From assembly GCA_000165345.1 (NCBI GenBank), contig CM000436.1:224001-288000 (forward strand): DNA of 64,000 bases, written 5' to 3'. The translations under genes and the position numbers were made by a program. This document shows positions 1 through 10,581 of the stretch, piece by piece. The notes below the pieces were generated by a model. It worked only from the letters and a program-made list of their open reading frames with translations. It ran no database searches and was not told where the DNA came from. Every line of letters begins with the position of its first letter. The first letter of the stretch is position 1.

Positions 1-46
1 AAAATTCTATGGGTACCTGTAATGCAAATTTTATCAATGATAAATA

Positions 47-110
47 TGGATTTCCCGCCTAATGTGGGGAGTTTTTTGGGCGGGAATTGCATTATCGGGA
101 GATAATATAT
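47..110. promoter_or_regulatory. inverted E2F-like pair TTCCCGCCTAATGTGGGGAG ... TTGGGCGGGAATTGCAT
   Basis: The left half (TTCCCGCCTAA + TGTGGGGAG) is nearly repeated at 45147-45175 (TTCCCGCCTAAAAGTTGCATGTGGAGAG). That copy lies immediately upstream of the EF-hand gene. Confidence 0.35.
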
Positions 111-1255
111 TACAAAATACCGAGCATGTTAATAAGAGAATAGATTATCCGGTAAAGCGATATGATGAAGTAGACTTGTAAGTAATCGTTAAATAGAGGA
201 ACATATATACAAATAATATGAAAAAACTGTAAGAATGCAAAAAAAGTAAGAGGGGGTAGAAGCAGCATTGTGAATAAATAAGAAATACGTATAGTGGACC
301 AGAGATAAATAAATTAGTCAGTTTAAATAGGGACAACAAATAAGTGAAATAAAGATATAAGTTTAACATCTGAATAAGCGTTTGAAAAAGTAATTAATAA
401 TATAAATAAAGTTAAAAGCGGAAATTCAAGTCAAGTCTAGTAAATTAAGAATTTATTGCATATATACATAATGTATATATGTAAATACTAAATATATGAG
501 TTGATTTATATTTGAATATATAAATTCAAATATATATTCAAGCATTATATAAATATACACGTATCATTAATATTTAAAAGTAATATATTTATATGCGTAT
601 TACTATTAATATAGCAAGTATTAACTAGTTAATATAATTTATCAATCCAAGAAATATCCCTCACACAATCAAAACAGTACATGATTTATGGTCGTCTACT
701 AGATGTTAAGAAAATATATTGAAATATACATTTAGTGGAGCTGAAAGGGAACAATAAACAAGAAGAAGAATTAATTACCCAGAGGCTGGCTAAATATCTG
801 GATAGTTAAAGAGAGAATAATAGCCTCACATTTTTTTTTTTGTGAAAGCAAGCACTGTGAGCTTAAAGAAAAGAACCTCATTATTTGGTAAAGTTACATT
901 AATTGTAAATATTTTCATCCAAGTGATAAAACGAATCAAGATTTTTCTCTCTTTCCTTCTTTTTTCTTTCTATCTTTTTTATCCATTCAAAGATTCATTC
1001 AAATATTTAATATTGGAGATTCATTAAAGAGAAGTGTATTAAGTGGAAGATTAATAGAAAGAAGCCAGATATTGAAATTATTGCTCATTAAATAAGAAAG
1101 TTCAATGTATTAATGGTAATTAACTGAAATAACGCTTTGAAAGACTTATATAATAAAGTAACGCTTTTAATACTTATTTGTAATATAGAATAACTATAAA
1201 TCGTGGCATTATTTTTAAGGAGTAGGTTTTTTGGAAGTCAAAGACTTTGTTAACA

Positions 1256-4200
1256 ATGGCAAGCTCTATCCAAAAGGGACATTTACCTATATCAACATCT
1301 TCATCATCATCTTCATCATTAACAACAACTTCTTCATCAATTCCTGCTTCAAACACAGGAGGAACAGTCAATGTGGGGCGGGGTGAAACAGAGGAATTTG
1401 TACATTTTTTGTTTAGGGAAGGTTTCCTTGTAAAGGGTTCGCGCATGGAAAGCTATGATTTTCATTCAATTACTCCTTCTCTCTCATATCTCATCCAAAA
1501 AAACTTTGAAAATCCTGCGAATGGATGCCACACAATAATTTCTACTCATTCATCATTGGCTCTCAAAAGACAAAATCATTCAACCCAAAGTAAAAACTTT
1601 AATTTAATTCCAAAGCCTGATAATAAGGACGAAAACATTGATGGAAACTCACAAAAGATTTCTACTTTACCAGTATCTAAGCCTTTAAATGCTGAAACTC
1701 CAAAACAATTTAAAGATTGGCGCGCACATGATATCGGTATTGGATTTTTACTATATGGAGAGTCAGTATGTTTCGTTTTGGCGCGCATGATAGAATTGAC
1801 ATATGGGAGAGTTGCAAATAATGGAGTTGTAACATGCTGTGTGTTGAGCCCAAATTCGAATTGCTCGGAGGATGAGTCTCAACACTTTTCAGAAGGAAAT
1901 TTAACAAAGCCATCGTTGAATACTGATACTGAATTGAAGGATGGTGAGACTTGCATTAATAGAAGAATAACAAAATACGGAATAGTAGCAGGCTCTCCTA
2001 TTGGAATTCCTGGAAACATGTTTATTTTGAATCCATATTTGGAGGTTGGAGAAATCAAGACTATAATAGAAATAGAAATTATGAGTGCTAGCAGTATAAA
2101 GCAAGTTTTTGCTTGCAGGCCAGATCTTGTTGAGCTTGGAATGACCAATTTTGAGTTGTCAACCAAAACTCCATGCTTTTTATTGGCAGTAAAATGCAGC
2201 ATTGATCTAACACTACCGATTTATGTTTATAAAAGAAATCTTGAGTCAAATTATTGTTCATTGAGAGTAGCAAAAGAGGGTAGTATGGTTGTTGGTAAGG
2301 ACTTTCAAACTTCAATAGAGACTTTGATGAGTCTTTATACATGGTTGAAGAGTCACTTGCTTAATCCCAAATCTCCATTTTTTGACTTAGATTATGGGAA
2401 GTTTTACTATACTAGAGCATTAGAATTGCTTTCTAATATTGAATATATTATAAGAGTTTCAGGAGGAACTGAAAAAACAATTTCTACTCTTGGAGGGAAT
2501 ATCAATTTAAACGATGTGGGATTAGGTATTTGCGGTGGAGGAAGTGGATTCTCAAGACACTTAGGGATTTCGAAGCTTGGAACTCCTAATTCAAGATGCT
2601 CAATTTCAACAGTTGCTTCTACAAATACTCCTGTAAGCATTGGAGAAGTTCAGGGTGATTTGATTACTACGAATAATAACTTATGTTTAGGAGGAGGGCT
2701 TTTATCGGTAGGAGGAACTGGAGGAGGTACACCTGTTCAAGGAGGAATTACTGGAAATCCTGGGCCCCAAGAACCTTCTATGACTGAGAAAGTCTTTAAT
2801 AGTAGTAGTAACAACGATAATAATCCTCCCTCTGTTTCAGGTAGAGGTAAAAGAAGTAATGTTAAATTTACCAATACAACAACTCCAGGACAAAATTCCT
2901 CTTCTACTATTAGTACACTAGTTCCTGGTACAATTGTTAGATTTAGATCCCAAATTCCAGTTGATGCTAAGCTTATTCAAGGCGTTCCTGAGACTGATTA
3001 CTTTACCCACGTACAACAAGTCTATTACCATTTCCAAAAAGGAGAATGGAGAGCTGTATATGGTCCCTCAAAAAACAGACAACAGAAATCATTTTCTGTT
3101 AACAAGTATGGATTTTACGAAGCTAAACGACTTGCTGAAGAATGGAGACTTCGTTATCTTTATTCAAATCCAAATGGACCAAATGGACAACAGAATGGCG
3201 CCTTTGGTAAATGCATGCGATGCGGAAATGGCGCGGCGGGAAATTCTGGTTCATGCGGACGTTCTACATGCGTAAAGTCAAGTGTGGAGTGTGTTTGTAA
3301 ATATAATTCTAATGGTATATATGAGGATAACCGTGGTTCTGGAGGAGGTGCAAGATGTAGAACTGGGAGGAAGCGAAGGTCATCTAGGGTAGATATGGAG
3401 AGGGAGGCAAACGGAGCAACGACTGCAGGAGGGCTTGTTGTAACTTCTATGCCAGGTTGCATTCCTACGAAAGTATTAAATAAGGGCAGTGGTGTATGTA
3501 ATTTGAAAGATGTAAATAACTACACACCGAAAGTTGGAGAGGTATTGAACGAGATTTCGACAATTTCCACAGGAAATTGCCATAGCACTAGTGGTACAGG
3601 GGGGGGGAAAGGAGGAGTTTCCGAGACAATGATCACAATAGAATCGAGGTCTCCAAGGGTTGTATCTCAGAATGGAGAAGGAGAAGGAAGAGCTGGATTA
3701 GTGGAAAATTCTGTGTATTCCACAATGGATGGGATGATAGCATTTGGTAATGCAGAATTTTCAGCTTCTGTTACTGATCAGAAGCCATGCCCTGGAAAAA
3801 TTCCCATAGTTTCAAGCCAATCTCCAAAAAACAAGTCTATTTTGCATCCTTCCATTTCTGGAGTTAGTTTTGTGGGTCCTGAGCCAGGATTTAAAGATCA
3901 TCCTATACAACAGAAGATTTTGGATATATCAGCTTCTTCTACTGCCTCTACTACTCCATCAAGTACCCCAGGAGGATTAGCTGGAACGTGTATTTCACTA
4001 GGTGGTTTGGGGTATGATCAAGTTCAAAAGTCTTTTGAAAGTGATGAGTTACTAAATAATTCATCATATGGAGGAGTTGGAGTATCTGTAGCTACTGCTG
4101 CATGCGGAGGAGTTAGAACTACGGGTACTTCAAAGTTGGCTTCATCTCCATCAATTGGACAGATAATTTCCTCAGCAAGTTCTACTGCAACATCATCTTC

Positions 4201-5284
4201 TACTTCTATGATGATTCCAGAAATTTCTTCTCCCTCAGTTTCAACTCCTGTTTCTATTGGAGTTGGTTCTTGTTCAACCATTATTTCTCCAGAAAAACAA
4301 TCATTAATTGGGGTTGGAACAGTGGTTTCTGGCATGATGCATTCAATTTCCGAAACTCCCTATTCAGTTGCTCCAGGTTCTTCAAGAGAAGGAATTACTT
4401 ACTCAGTTAAATCAGGTTTGGTTGGGTTAGGAAAATCAGGAAAGACTCAATCTTCGCCTTCATCATCATCATCATCGTCATCTTCTGCATCTTCATCTTC
4501 ACAGGGAAATGGAATATCATCAAAAGGGCCAATAATGTTTACACAATCAACTCAAGGAATTTCCATGGGATTTCCAGCATCGGGAAATACTTATTCTGGA
4601 CAATTTCCCAATGCTATAGGAATTTCAGAATCTTCTTATGGGTGTATTTCTCCAGTTATTGAAGATAATTGTTGGAGTTCTTCTGCAAACAATGAAGCAA
4701 TGACTTCTTCATCTATGAATACTAATTCCAATTTAGTTAGTTCCGTTGGCAAGTCAAACAATAATACTAATATTGGTGGAACTATCTCTACATCCGCTAC
4801 ATCTAATTCTAATAACAATGCTACTATCGGTACTAGAAGTGTTAATAACGGCTCTACTGTTAATAATAATGCAGTTCCAATACTGAAAACTAATGAAAAT
4901 GTAATTAGTACTAACACTTCTCAAAGCAATGAGAGTTTAAGTATTGGAGGAGGTTGCCTCACAACGGGAACTTCTGGAGAAAGTAGTAATACAAATTGTT
5001 TGAGTACATCTGGAACAGAAAATATTTCGACTTCAGTTGTTGGATCTAGAAGACCTATTGAAGAATGCTCGAGTAATCATAACGAAGATAACTCTAATAG
5101 GAACAAAAGTAGAAATAACAGTGAAAATGAGAGATCAGTTAATGGTGGAAGCATAAATGTAAATAATGAGAACTCAGATCGGAGAAATGTTAGTTCTGAT
5201 GTGAACCGTAACAATGGAAACCCATGGTACAAAAGAAATGCATGGGATGAAGACCTTATAATAGATTCATTCTTTGTTGGGTAA
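1256..5284 (+). CDS. ApiAP2-domain DNA-binding protein, large and Ser/Thr/Asn-rich. ORF track starts at TTG 1247; first ATG is 1256.
   Basis: A single 1343-codon ORF. Residues encoded at about 2975-3165 read GVPETDYFTHVQQVYYHFQKGEWRAVYGPSKNRQQKSFSVNKYGFYEAKRLAEEWRLRYL. This fits the ApiAP2 fold pattern (W.A.W....KSFSV.KYG...AKRLA.EYR), comparable to Plasmodium SIP2-type AP2 domains. A Cys-rich patch follows (CMRCGNGAAGNSGSCGRSTCVKSSVECVCKY). The rest is S/T/N low complexity, including (TCA)n at 4459-4501. Confidence 0.65.
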   Translation: MASSIQKGHLPISTSSSSSSSLTTTSSSIPASNTGGTVNVGRGETEEFVHFLFREGFLVKGSRMESYDFHSITPSLSYLIQKNFENPANGCHTIISTHSSLALKRQNHSTQSKNFNLIPKPDNKDENIDGNSQKISTLPVSKPLNAETPKQFKDWRAHDIGIGFLLYGESVCFVLARMIELTYGRVANNGVVTCCVLSPNSNCSEDESQHFSEGNLTKPSLNTDTELKDGETCINRRITKYGIVAGSPIGIPGNMFILNPYLEVGEIKTIIEIEIMSASSIKQVFACRPDLVELGMTNFELSTKTPCFLLAVKCSIDLTLPIYVYKRNLESNYCSLRVAKEGSMVVGKDFQTSIETLMSLYTWLKSHLLNPKSPFFDLDYGKFYYTRALELLSNIEYIIRVSGGTEKTISTLGGNINLNDVGLGICGGGSGFSRHLGISKLGTPNSRCSISTVASTNTPVSIGEVQGDLITTNNNLCLGGGLLSVGGTGGGTPVQGGITGNPGPQEPSMTEKVFNSSSNNDNNPPSVSGRGKRSNVKFTNTTTPGQNSSSTISTLVPGTIVRFRSQIPVDAKLIQGVPETDYFTHVQQVYYHFQKGEWRAVYGPSKNRQQKSFSVNKYGFYEAKRLAEEWRLRYLYSNPNGPNGQQNGAFGKCMRCGNGAAGNSGSCGRSTCVKSSVECVCKYNSNGIYEDNRGSGGGARCRTGRKRRSSRVDMEREANGATTAGGLVVTSMPGCIPTKVLNKGSGVCNLKDVNNYTPKVGEVLNEISTISTGNCHSTSGTGGGKGGVSETMITIESRSPRVVSQNGEGEGRAGLVENSVYSTMDGMIAFGNAEFSASVTDQKPCPGKIPIVSSQSPKNKSILHPSISGVSFVGPEPGFKDHPIQQKILDISASSTASTTPSSTPGGLAGTCISLGGLGYDQVQKSFESDELLNNSSYGGVGVSVATAACGGVRTTGTSKLASSPSIGQIISSASSTATSSSTSMMIPEISSPSVSTPVSIGVGSCSTIISPEKQSLIGVGTVVSGMMHSISETPYSVAPGSSREGITYSVKSGLVGLGKSGKTQSSPSSSSSSSSSASSSSQGNGISSKGPIMFTQSTQGISMGFPASGNTYSGQFPNAIGISESSYGCISPVIEDNCWSSSANNEAMTSSSMNTNSNLVSSVGKSNNNTNIGGTISTSATSNSNNNATIGTRSVNNGSTVNNNAVPILKTNENVISTNTSQSNESLSIGGGCLTTGTSGESSNTNCLSTSGTENISTSVVGSRRPIEECSSNHNEDNSNRNKSRNNSENERSVNGGSINVNNENSDRRNVSSDVNRNNGNPWYKRNAWDEDLIIDSFFVG

Positions 5285-6269
5285 TAATTGAGGATTATCT
5301 ATATTTAGTGCTAGGATGTTTGTCTGAATAGGGAGTTTAAATTGGAAATAGGGAGTAAAGGTGAACATTGCACCAACAAGTATTGAAGCAAATTACTAGG
5401 GAAATACAACTTAGAAAGGAGAAGTGAAATCCTAAATAGTGTGAGTGATTTACAGATTTCTTAAGTTATAATTATTTAAAGAAAAAACAAGGGGGTAGGA
5501 ACAAAAATTAAAGTCTTATAGTATACCACTCCTATCATTATCTTAAATACCACAAATCAACTGTTGGCTTTGAATGGAAATTTTTCGGTTTCACTGGTAA
5601 GCCTACTTTATTTCACTGTTGCAAAAGCAGCATATAGTAATATTAGTGCTAAGATTATTAAATACTAGAATTTGTGTTTAATATGAACACATTTCCTTCA
5701 TCTTGAAATTTAGTATAAATCATCAAAGTATGTGGTTTTTAATATCTCTTTTTCTGATGTTCCTTATTTTGGCGTAGTGGAATCAAACTTAAGGATAATT
5801 ACGTGGAAATTAGAGCACATTACTTTGAGGGCTTTTATTAGCTCATAGAAAATTTTGGAGCGGGAAAATTTAATTATTTAATGCAGGTTTTTCATCAGTC
5901 TTGAAACAGAGTGAATCTGAAATCAGAACGATAATTCCGTTATCTTAATTTCCCATTCTGTTCTATTATTTAAATTTGAGCAGAATACAGTACACTAATG
6001 TATACATGAAATAAAATACGCGATATTTATGGAAAAGTATGTCGGTAGAATAAAATTGGCATCAAAACTTTGTATTTGAGTTATTTTCACGCATTACATA
6101 ATACTTGATAAATTAATCATCCAAATATAATTAGTTAATGCTTATTTTCTCGTAAAAAATGTTTCTTTCAACTACTTTTGTTCCTTTTTTTTTTCTGCTC
6201 ATTAATTAAAATTCCCAAGTTTACCGCCAATACCTGTGCTTATTAATTTGCATGCAAATAATTTGTAAT

Positions 6270-6330
6270 AGTGGGCCCAATCGGACTTTTGCCGCCCAAA
6301 GAGGGTCGGCACACACTGGCCCGCCCATGG
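6270..6330. promoter_or_regulatory. isolated GC-rich island with CCAAT box, E2F-like TTTTGCCGCCC and GC-box GGCCCGCCC
   Basis: GTGGGCCCAATCGGACTTTTGCCGCCCAAAGAGGGTCGGCACACACTGGCCCGCCCATGG lies about 330 bp upstream of the 6664 gene. The flanking GGGCC ... GGCCC can pair as a hairpin. Confidence 0.35.
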
Positions 6331-6663
6331 AGAAAATGCATTTCTGTTAAGGTATGAAGTGAGAAGGAAGTAGCAAGAAGAATAGGAATAAGGAAAATAT
6401 AGAGGTTAAAAAGGGGGAAAGAAGAGAAAGAAGGAGTAGGATATTGGACAATATCTAGACTATTATAATAACTTTTTGATTTTTTGAGCATAAACAAAAA
6501 ATATAGAAATTACAATCATTGGTTTAAAAAATAATTAAGAGAGATATTAATAGTTTGGAGGGAAGGAAGAATAGAAATTAGAAGGTTGAAATAAGAAGAG
6601 TTGTAAAATTATTATTGAACAGCTTAAAGTATTTGCCAGTGTTATGAGTATTTTATAGGGAAA

Positions 6664-7776
6664 ATGCCGATAATGAAAAACAGAGATGCTGCTTTTAATT
6701 ACGGATGCTTGATGGCAGAATTAAAGGAGAAGATGGTTTTATTTAGGAATAGGTTAAATAAGGGAGAGGAAGAAAATCAGGAAAGTTTCTTAAAAAATAA
6801 CTCTCAAGATGAGTCAAAAATAGGTAGGGACTCCTTAATTTCAGAAAATGAGCTAGATTTTTCTCTTAATATTGAATCTAGTTCAAAGAATACGTTAGTT
6901 TCAGATAGGATTATTCAAGAAGATAATACGGAAATTATAGTTGAATCAGGCATTGAGAATGTGGATGAATGCAGAATAGGACTATCAAATGATTCCAAAG
7001 TATTTCCATATCCGATATGTTTCGTTTCTAAATCACTTCCAACTCCTCCAAAAGACTACAACTTAAGAAAAACAGGAATTGATTTGAATAAGAATAGATG
7101 CTTTCAGGGAGAGGATATTGAATGCAACAGAGTATCTAAAAAGTTAATGTTTTTAGTAGAGAAGGAGAAGAACGGAGGTAAGGAGGAATGGTGGAAATTT
7201 AGAAGGGAAAATGATAATGATGATAACTATAATTTGTTGCAAAGCCAAAATTTAGGTGAGGCTATTGATACAGAAAAGAGTTTTCCTAATAATAATATTA
7301 CTAACAAATTGATGCAAGATGACAGCAAAAATAGGAAAGCTAATCAAGGAGAGCTAAGTTTAACTCAAAATATTATCTCTTCTCAATCAGATACAAACAT
7401 TACTGCTCAAAAAGGAGAAGTAATTGACAAAAATAGATTACTTAAAAATAGTCAATCTATAGAGAATATTAGAGGTTTTGAAGAAAATATACCTTCAAAA
7501 ATGGAGAATCTCAAGCATATTCAAGCCTCATCTGTATCAGGTCTAAAAAAAGATAATATTGCAAGTGATAATGCCACCATAAAAAATAGCAGCGAATACA
7601 AAATCAACACAAATACTCAAATTATCTGCGATGTTAATAAAAATGGAAGTATTAGCAGAAAAGAAACTCAAATAAATCCTATATTTAAAAAGAAAAGCCA
7701 AATATTTCAACACAGAGGTAATATTATTACTACTAGATACTATAAAATGGCATCCCAACTTAGAGTAATAAGTTAA
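6664..7776 (+). CDS. hypothetical protein, 370 aa, Asn/Ser/Lys-rich
   Basis: ATG-initiated ORF without stops in AT-rich DNA. No recognisable domain. Confidence 0.5.
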   Translation: MPIMKNRDAAFNYGCLMAELKEKMVLFRNRLNKGEEENQESFLKNNSQDESKIGRDSLISENELDFSLNIESSSKNTLVSDRIIQEDNTEIIVESGIENVDECRIGLSNDSKVFPYPICFVSKSLPTPPKDYNLRKTGIDLNKNRCFQGEDIECNRVSKKLMFLVEKEKNGGKEEWWKFRRENDNDDNYNLLQSQNLGEAIDTEKSFPNNNITNKLMQDDSKNRKANQGELSLTQNIISSQSDTNITAQKGEVIDKNRLLKNSQSIENIRGFEENIPSKMENLKHIQASSVSGLKKDNIASDNATIKNSSEYKINTNTQIICDVNKNGSISRKETQINPIFKKKSQIFQHRGNIITTRYYKMASQLRVIS

Positions 7777-7911
7777 TATAATATATATATTTATAATTAA
7801 ATATTAATGAATAACTTGATATATATTTATATATAAAAACACGTTTTGGCGCCAAGTATACCAAGTTATAATATATAAACTTTGCAAGGCTTGAATGTGA
7901 GAAGTTTTTGA

Positions 7912-8712
7912 ATGAGCAAAGGAAAATTTTCTTTTAGTTTAGGAAAATCCAAAGAGAAGGGGCCAAAAAGTCTGGGAAATGTTTTTTTGGGGGAAAAAGT
8001 GTTTGAAAGCGAGAAAGATGAAAATAATAGTGCAGAAGACTTAGGCTCAAAAAACTCAGATAATTTTCAGAGTATTAGCACAAACTATGAATACAAAAAA
8101 TCTATTAAGTTTTATAATGAACATCCAGAGTTACTGAAGGACTTTGACAGGTCAAATAAGGTAAAAAGAATAGAAGCTGAGGATGAAGAAGAGAAAAAGG
8201 ATGAGCCAAAGAAAGCTTCTTTAGGTAAATCAAAGTATTTAAGCAGAATACAAGAGTATGTAGAGTTGAGAAATATTGAAAAACAAGAAATTCAAGAAGA
8301 AAAGATTCAAAAGGAAATAAAAGAAGAAGGAAACACTCAAGTATTTATTACTGATGCATATAAAGATGTTTTGGAAGAAAGAAAAAAACTCAAAAATTTA
8401 TTAACAAATAGGAAGTTATCAGAAGGTGAGGATCCTAGGATTAGTGGGCCCTCAAGTATTTTTGAAATGAGACTTTCCCCGTCAACGAATGAATTAAACA
8501 ATGAAGAAAGCGATAAACAAATTGCTTCAGGTAGTCCAAAAGAAGAATTGAATATATATAATGTTAATTCAACTAATAGTTCCACAACCAAAGACTATTA
8601 TGTTGTAAATGATGACGAAGTTTCAAAAACTAGCAAGGATTTGAAACTTATTAAAATACAACAAGCAAGAGAACGATATTTGCTTCGAAAACAAAATAAA
8701 AATTCAGCATAA
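7912..8712 (+). CDS. NSRP1/CCDC55-like (DUF2040) nuclear speckle splicing regulatory protein homolog
   Basis: K/E-rich 266 aa protein. The internal block FITDAYKDVLEERKK matches human NSRP1 FVTSAYKKKLQER. The C-terminal ARERYLLRKQ matches NSRP1 ARDRYLARQ. Confidence 0.5.
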   Translation: MSKGKFSFSLGKSKEKGPKSLGNVFLGEKVFESEKDENNSAEDLGSKNSDNFQSISTNYEYKKSIKFYNEHPELLKDFDRSNKVKRIEAEDEEEKKDEPKKASLGKSKYLSRIQEYVELRNIEKQEIQEEKIQKEIKEEGNTQVFITDAYKDVLEERKKLKNLLTNRKLSEGEDPRISGPSSIFEMRLSPSTNELNNEESDKQIASGSPKEELNIYNVNSTNSSTTKDYYVVNDDEVSKTSKDLKLIKIQQARERYLLRKQNKNSA

Positions 8713-9306
8713 TACGAAATTCACCCTAGCCAATGAGCAATGATTATACTATATTTGAATTGTTTTCAAATAGATTAGTTCCAATTAAATTTTTTTTCCT
8801 TCAATTTTTCTGTTTCCAATATTTGCATGTGCATGTAAACTATTTGGCGCCAGCGCCAGTTAACACCGGTATTGAAATTTAATTATTAACGTAATGAAAA
8901 ATAAAAAGAGGAGCCAAAAAATAATTTAATTTGAATTAAAGAAAAAGCAAAAAAAAAAATTTTGATTAAGTGGGGAAAAATAAGCCACTTAAAATTACTT
9001 TACTTCGAGATAATTGTGAGAAGATTTCTTACTAGAGTTTGAGGTGGAGAGTTGTAACAGAAAGGATTCAAAGGAAAGGACCATTCAATTGCGTAATTCA
9101 ATAAAGGGGAGGTAGTCAGATCCTCTTTGGATTTGTAAATAATTGGAAAATAGGTGGAAACAAGTGATTACAGAACTTTTTAAGAGTAAATTCTGTGTGG
9201 AGAGAGATAGAATATAGTTTTCATAAATAAGTATATTTATACTCTGTTAAAAAGATATTAAATAGTAGAACTTGGATATTCAAAGGCGGATGCAGAACAG
9301 ACAAAG

Positions 9307-10482
9307 ATGAGTGGGGAAGATGAACATAAGAATACTTTAGCAACTTACGCTCAAAAAGTTAAAGAGCATAGGGAACTGGAAGTTAGCTTGAAAAAGAAGA
9401 GAATGGAGATTAGGGAGCTAAGCAAAGTATATGATAAGACAGAGGATGATTTGAAGGCATTGCAGAGTGTGGGCCAGATAATAGGCGAAGTATTGAGACA
9501 TTTGGATGATGAAAAGTGTATAGTAAAGGCTTCAACAGGACCTAGATATGTTGTAGGATGTAGATCAAAGCTTGATAAAAGCAAATTAACATCTGGAACT
9601 AGAGTTGCTTTAGATGCAACTACTTTGACCATAATGAGAAGACTTCCAAGAGAAGTTGATCCAATGGTTTACAATATGCTTCACGAAGATCCTGGAAGCG
9701 TAAGCTACTCTCAAGTAGGAGGATTGAATGAGCAGATTAGGGAGATAAGAGAAGTTATTGAGCTTCCTTTGACTAATCCTGAGCTATTTAAAAGAGTCGG
9801 AATCAAGACTCCTAAGGGAGTACTTTTGTATGGGCCCCCAGGAACTGGCAAAACTCTTTTGGCTAGGGCTATGGCTTCATCCATGAATTGTAACTTTATG
9901 AAGGTTGTTGCATCAGCAATAGTAGACAAATACATTGGAGAAAGTGCGAGAGTTATAAGGGAAATGTTTGGTTATGCTAAGGATCACCAACCATGCGTTA
10001 TATTTATGGATGAGATTGACGCTATAGGCGGAAAGAGATTCTCCCAAGGTACTTCTGCTGATCGTGAGATTCAGAGAACCTTGATGGAATTATTAAACCA
10101 ACTGGATGGTTTTGACGAACTTGGGGCTGTCAAAATAATTATGGCTACAAATAGACCTGATGTGTTAGATCCAGCTCTATTAAGACCTGGAAGACTTGAC
10201 AGAAAGGTTGAAATTCCTCTTCCAAATGAAACCTCAAGAGTTGAAATCCTCAAGATTCATTCCTCTAAGTTAGCTAAACAAGGAGAAATAGACTTTGATG
10301 CTATTTGCAAGCTTTGTGATGGCTTTAACGGAGCAGATATGAGAAATGTTTGTTCAGAAGCAGGAATGTTTGCAATTAGAGCTGAAAGAGACTACATTAT
10401 TGAAGAAGATTTTCTCAAAGCAGTGAGGAAATTGGCTGAAAATAAGAAGATGGAAGGGAATTTGGACTACGAAAAGGTTTAA
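9307..10482 (+). CDS. RPT4: 26S proteasome regulatory AAA-ATPase subunit Rpt4 (PSMC6/S10b)
   Basis: Near-colinear identity to human PSMC6 over the whole length: [23 protein letters not shown], Walker [53 protein letters not shown]. The length of 391 aa matches. Confidence 0.95.
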   Translation: MSGEDEHKNTLATYAQKVKEHRELEVSLKKKRMEIRELSKVYDKTEDDLKALQSVGQIIGEVLRHLDDEKCIVKASTGPRYVVGCRSKLDKSKLTSGTRVALDATTLTIMRRLPREVDPMVYNMLHEDPGSVSYSQVGGLNEQIREIREVIELPLTNPELFKRVGIKTPKGVLLYGPPGTGKTLLARAMASSMNCNFMKVVASAIVDKYIGESARVIREMFGYAKDHQPCVIFMDEIDAIGGKRFSQGTSADREIQRTLMELLNQLDGFDELGAVKIIMATNRPDVLDPALLRPGRLDRKVEIPLPNETSRVEILKIHSSKLAKQGEIDFDAICKLCDGFNGADMRNVCSEAGMFAIRAERDYIIEEDFLKAVRKLAENKKMEGNLDYEKV

Positions 10483-10581
10483 AAAGTAGATTAGATAACA
10501 ATTTTAGTCATTTTATTTTATTTAAATTTATTATCTAACATTTGTAACTTCGTTCGATTTCTCCAAATTTAAATCTAATAA

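Noticed and set aside
145-1027. Short ORFs (145-369 minus, 842-1027 plus) in the first kb
   Set aside because: They are AT-rich intergenic DNA with hydrophobic nonsense translations, and are more likely promoter or UTR sequence.
4024-4335. Antisense ORFs inside the ApiAP2 gene and inside other low-complexity genes (4636-4917, 43808-44179, 44214-44396, 44415-44600, 39359-40349 minus, 24815-25087 and others)
   Set aside because: They lie opposite or out of frame of long, well-supported CDSs, and their translations are low-complexity mirror images of repeat-rich coding sequence.
6243-6497. 84-aa minus ORF overlapping the GC island
   Set aside because: It spans a promoter-like motif block and has no coding features.
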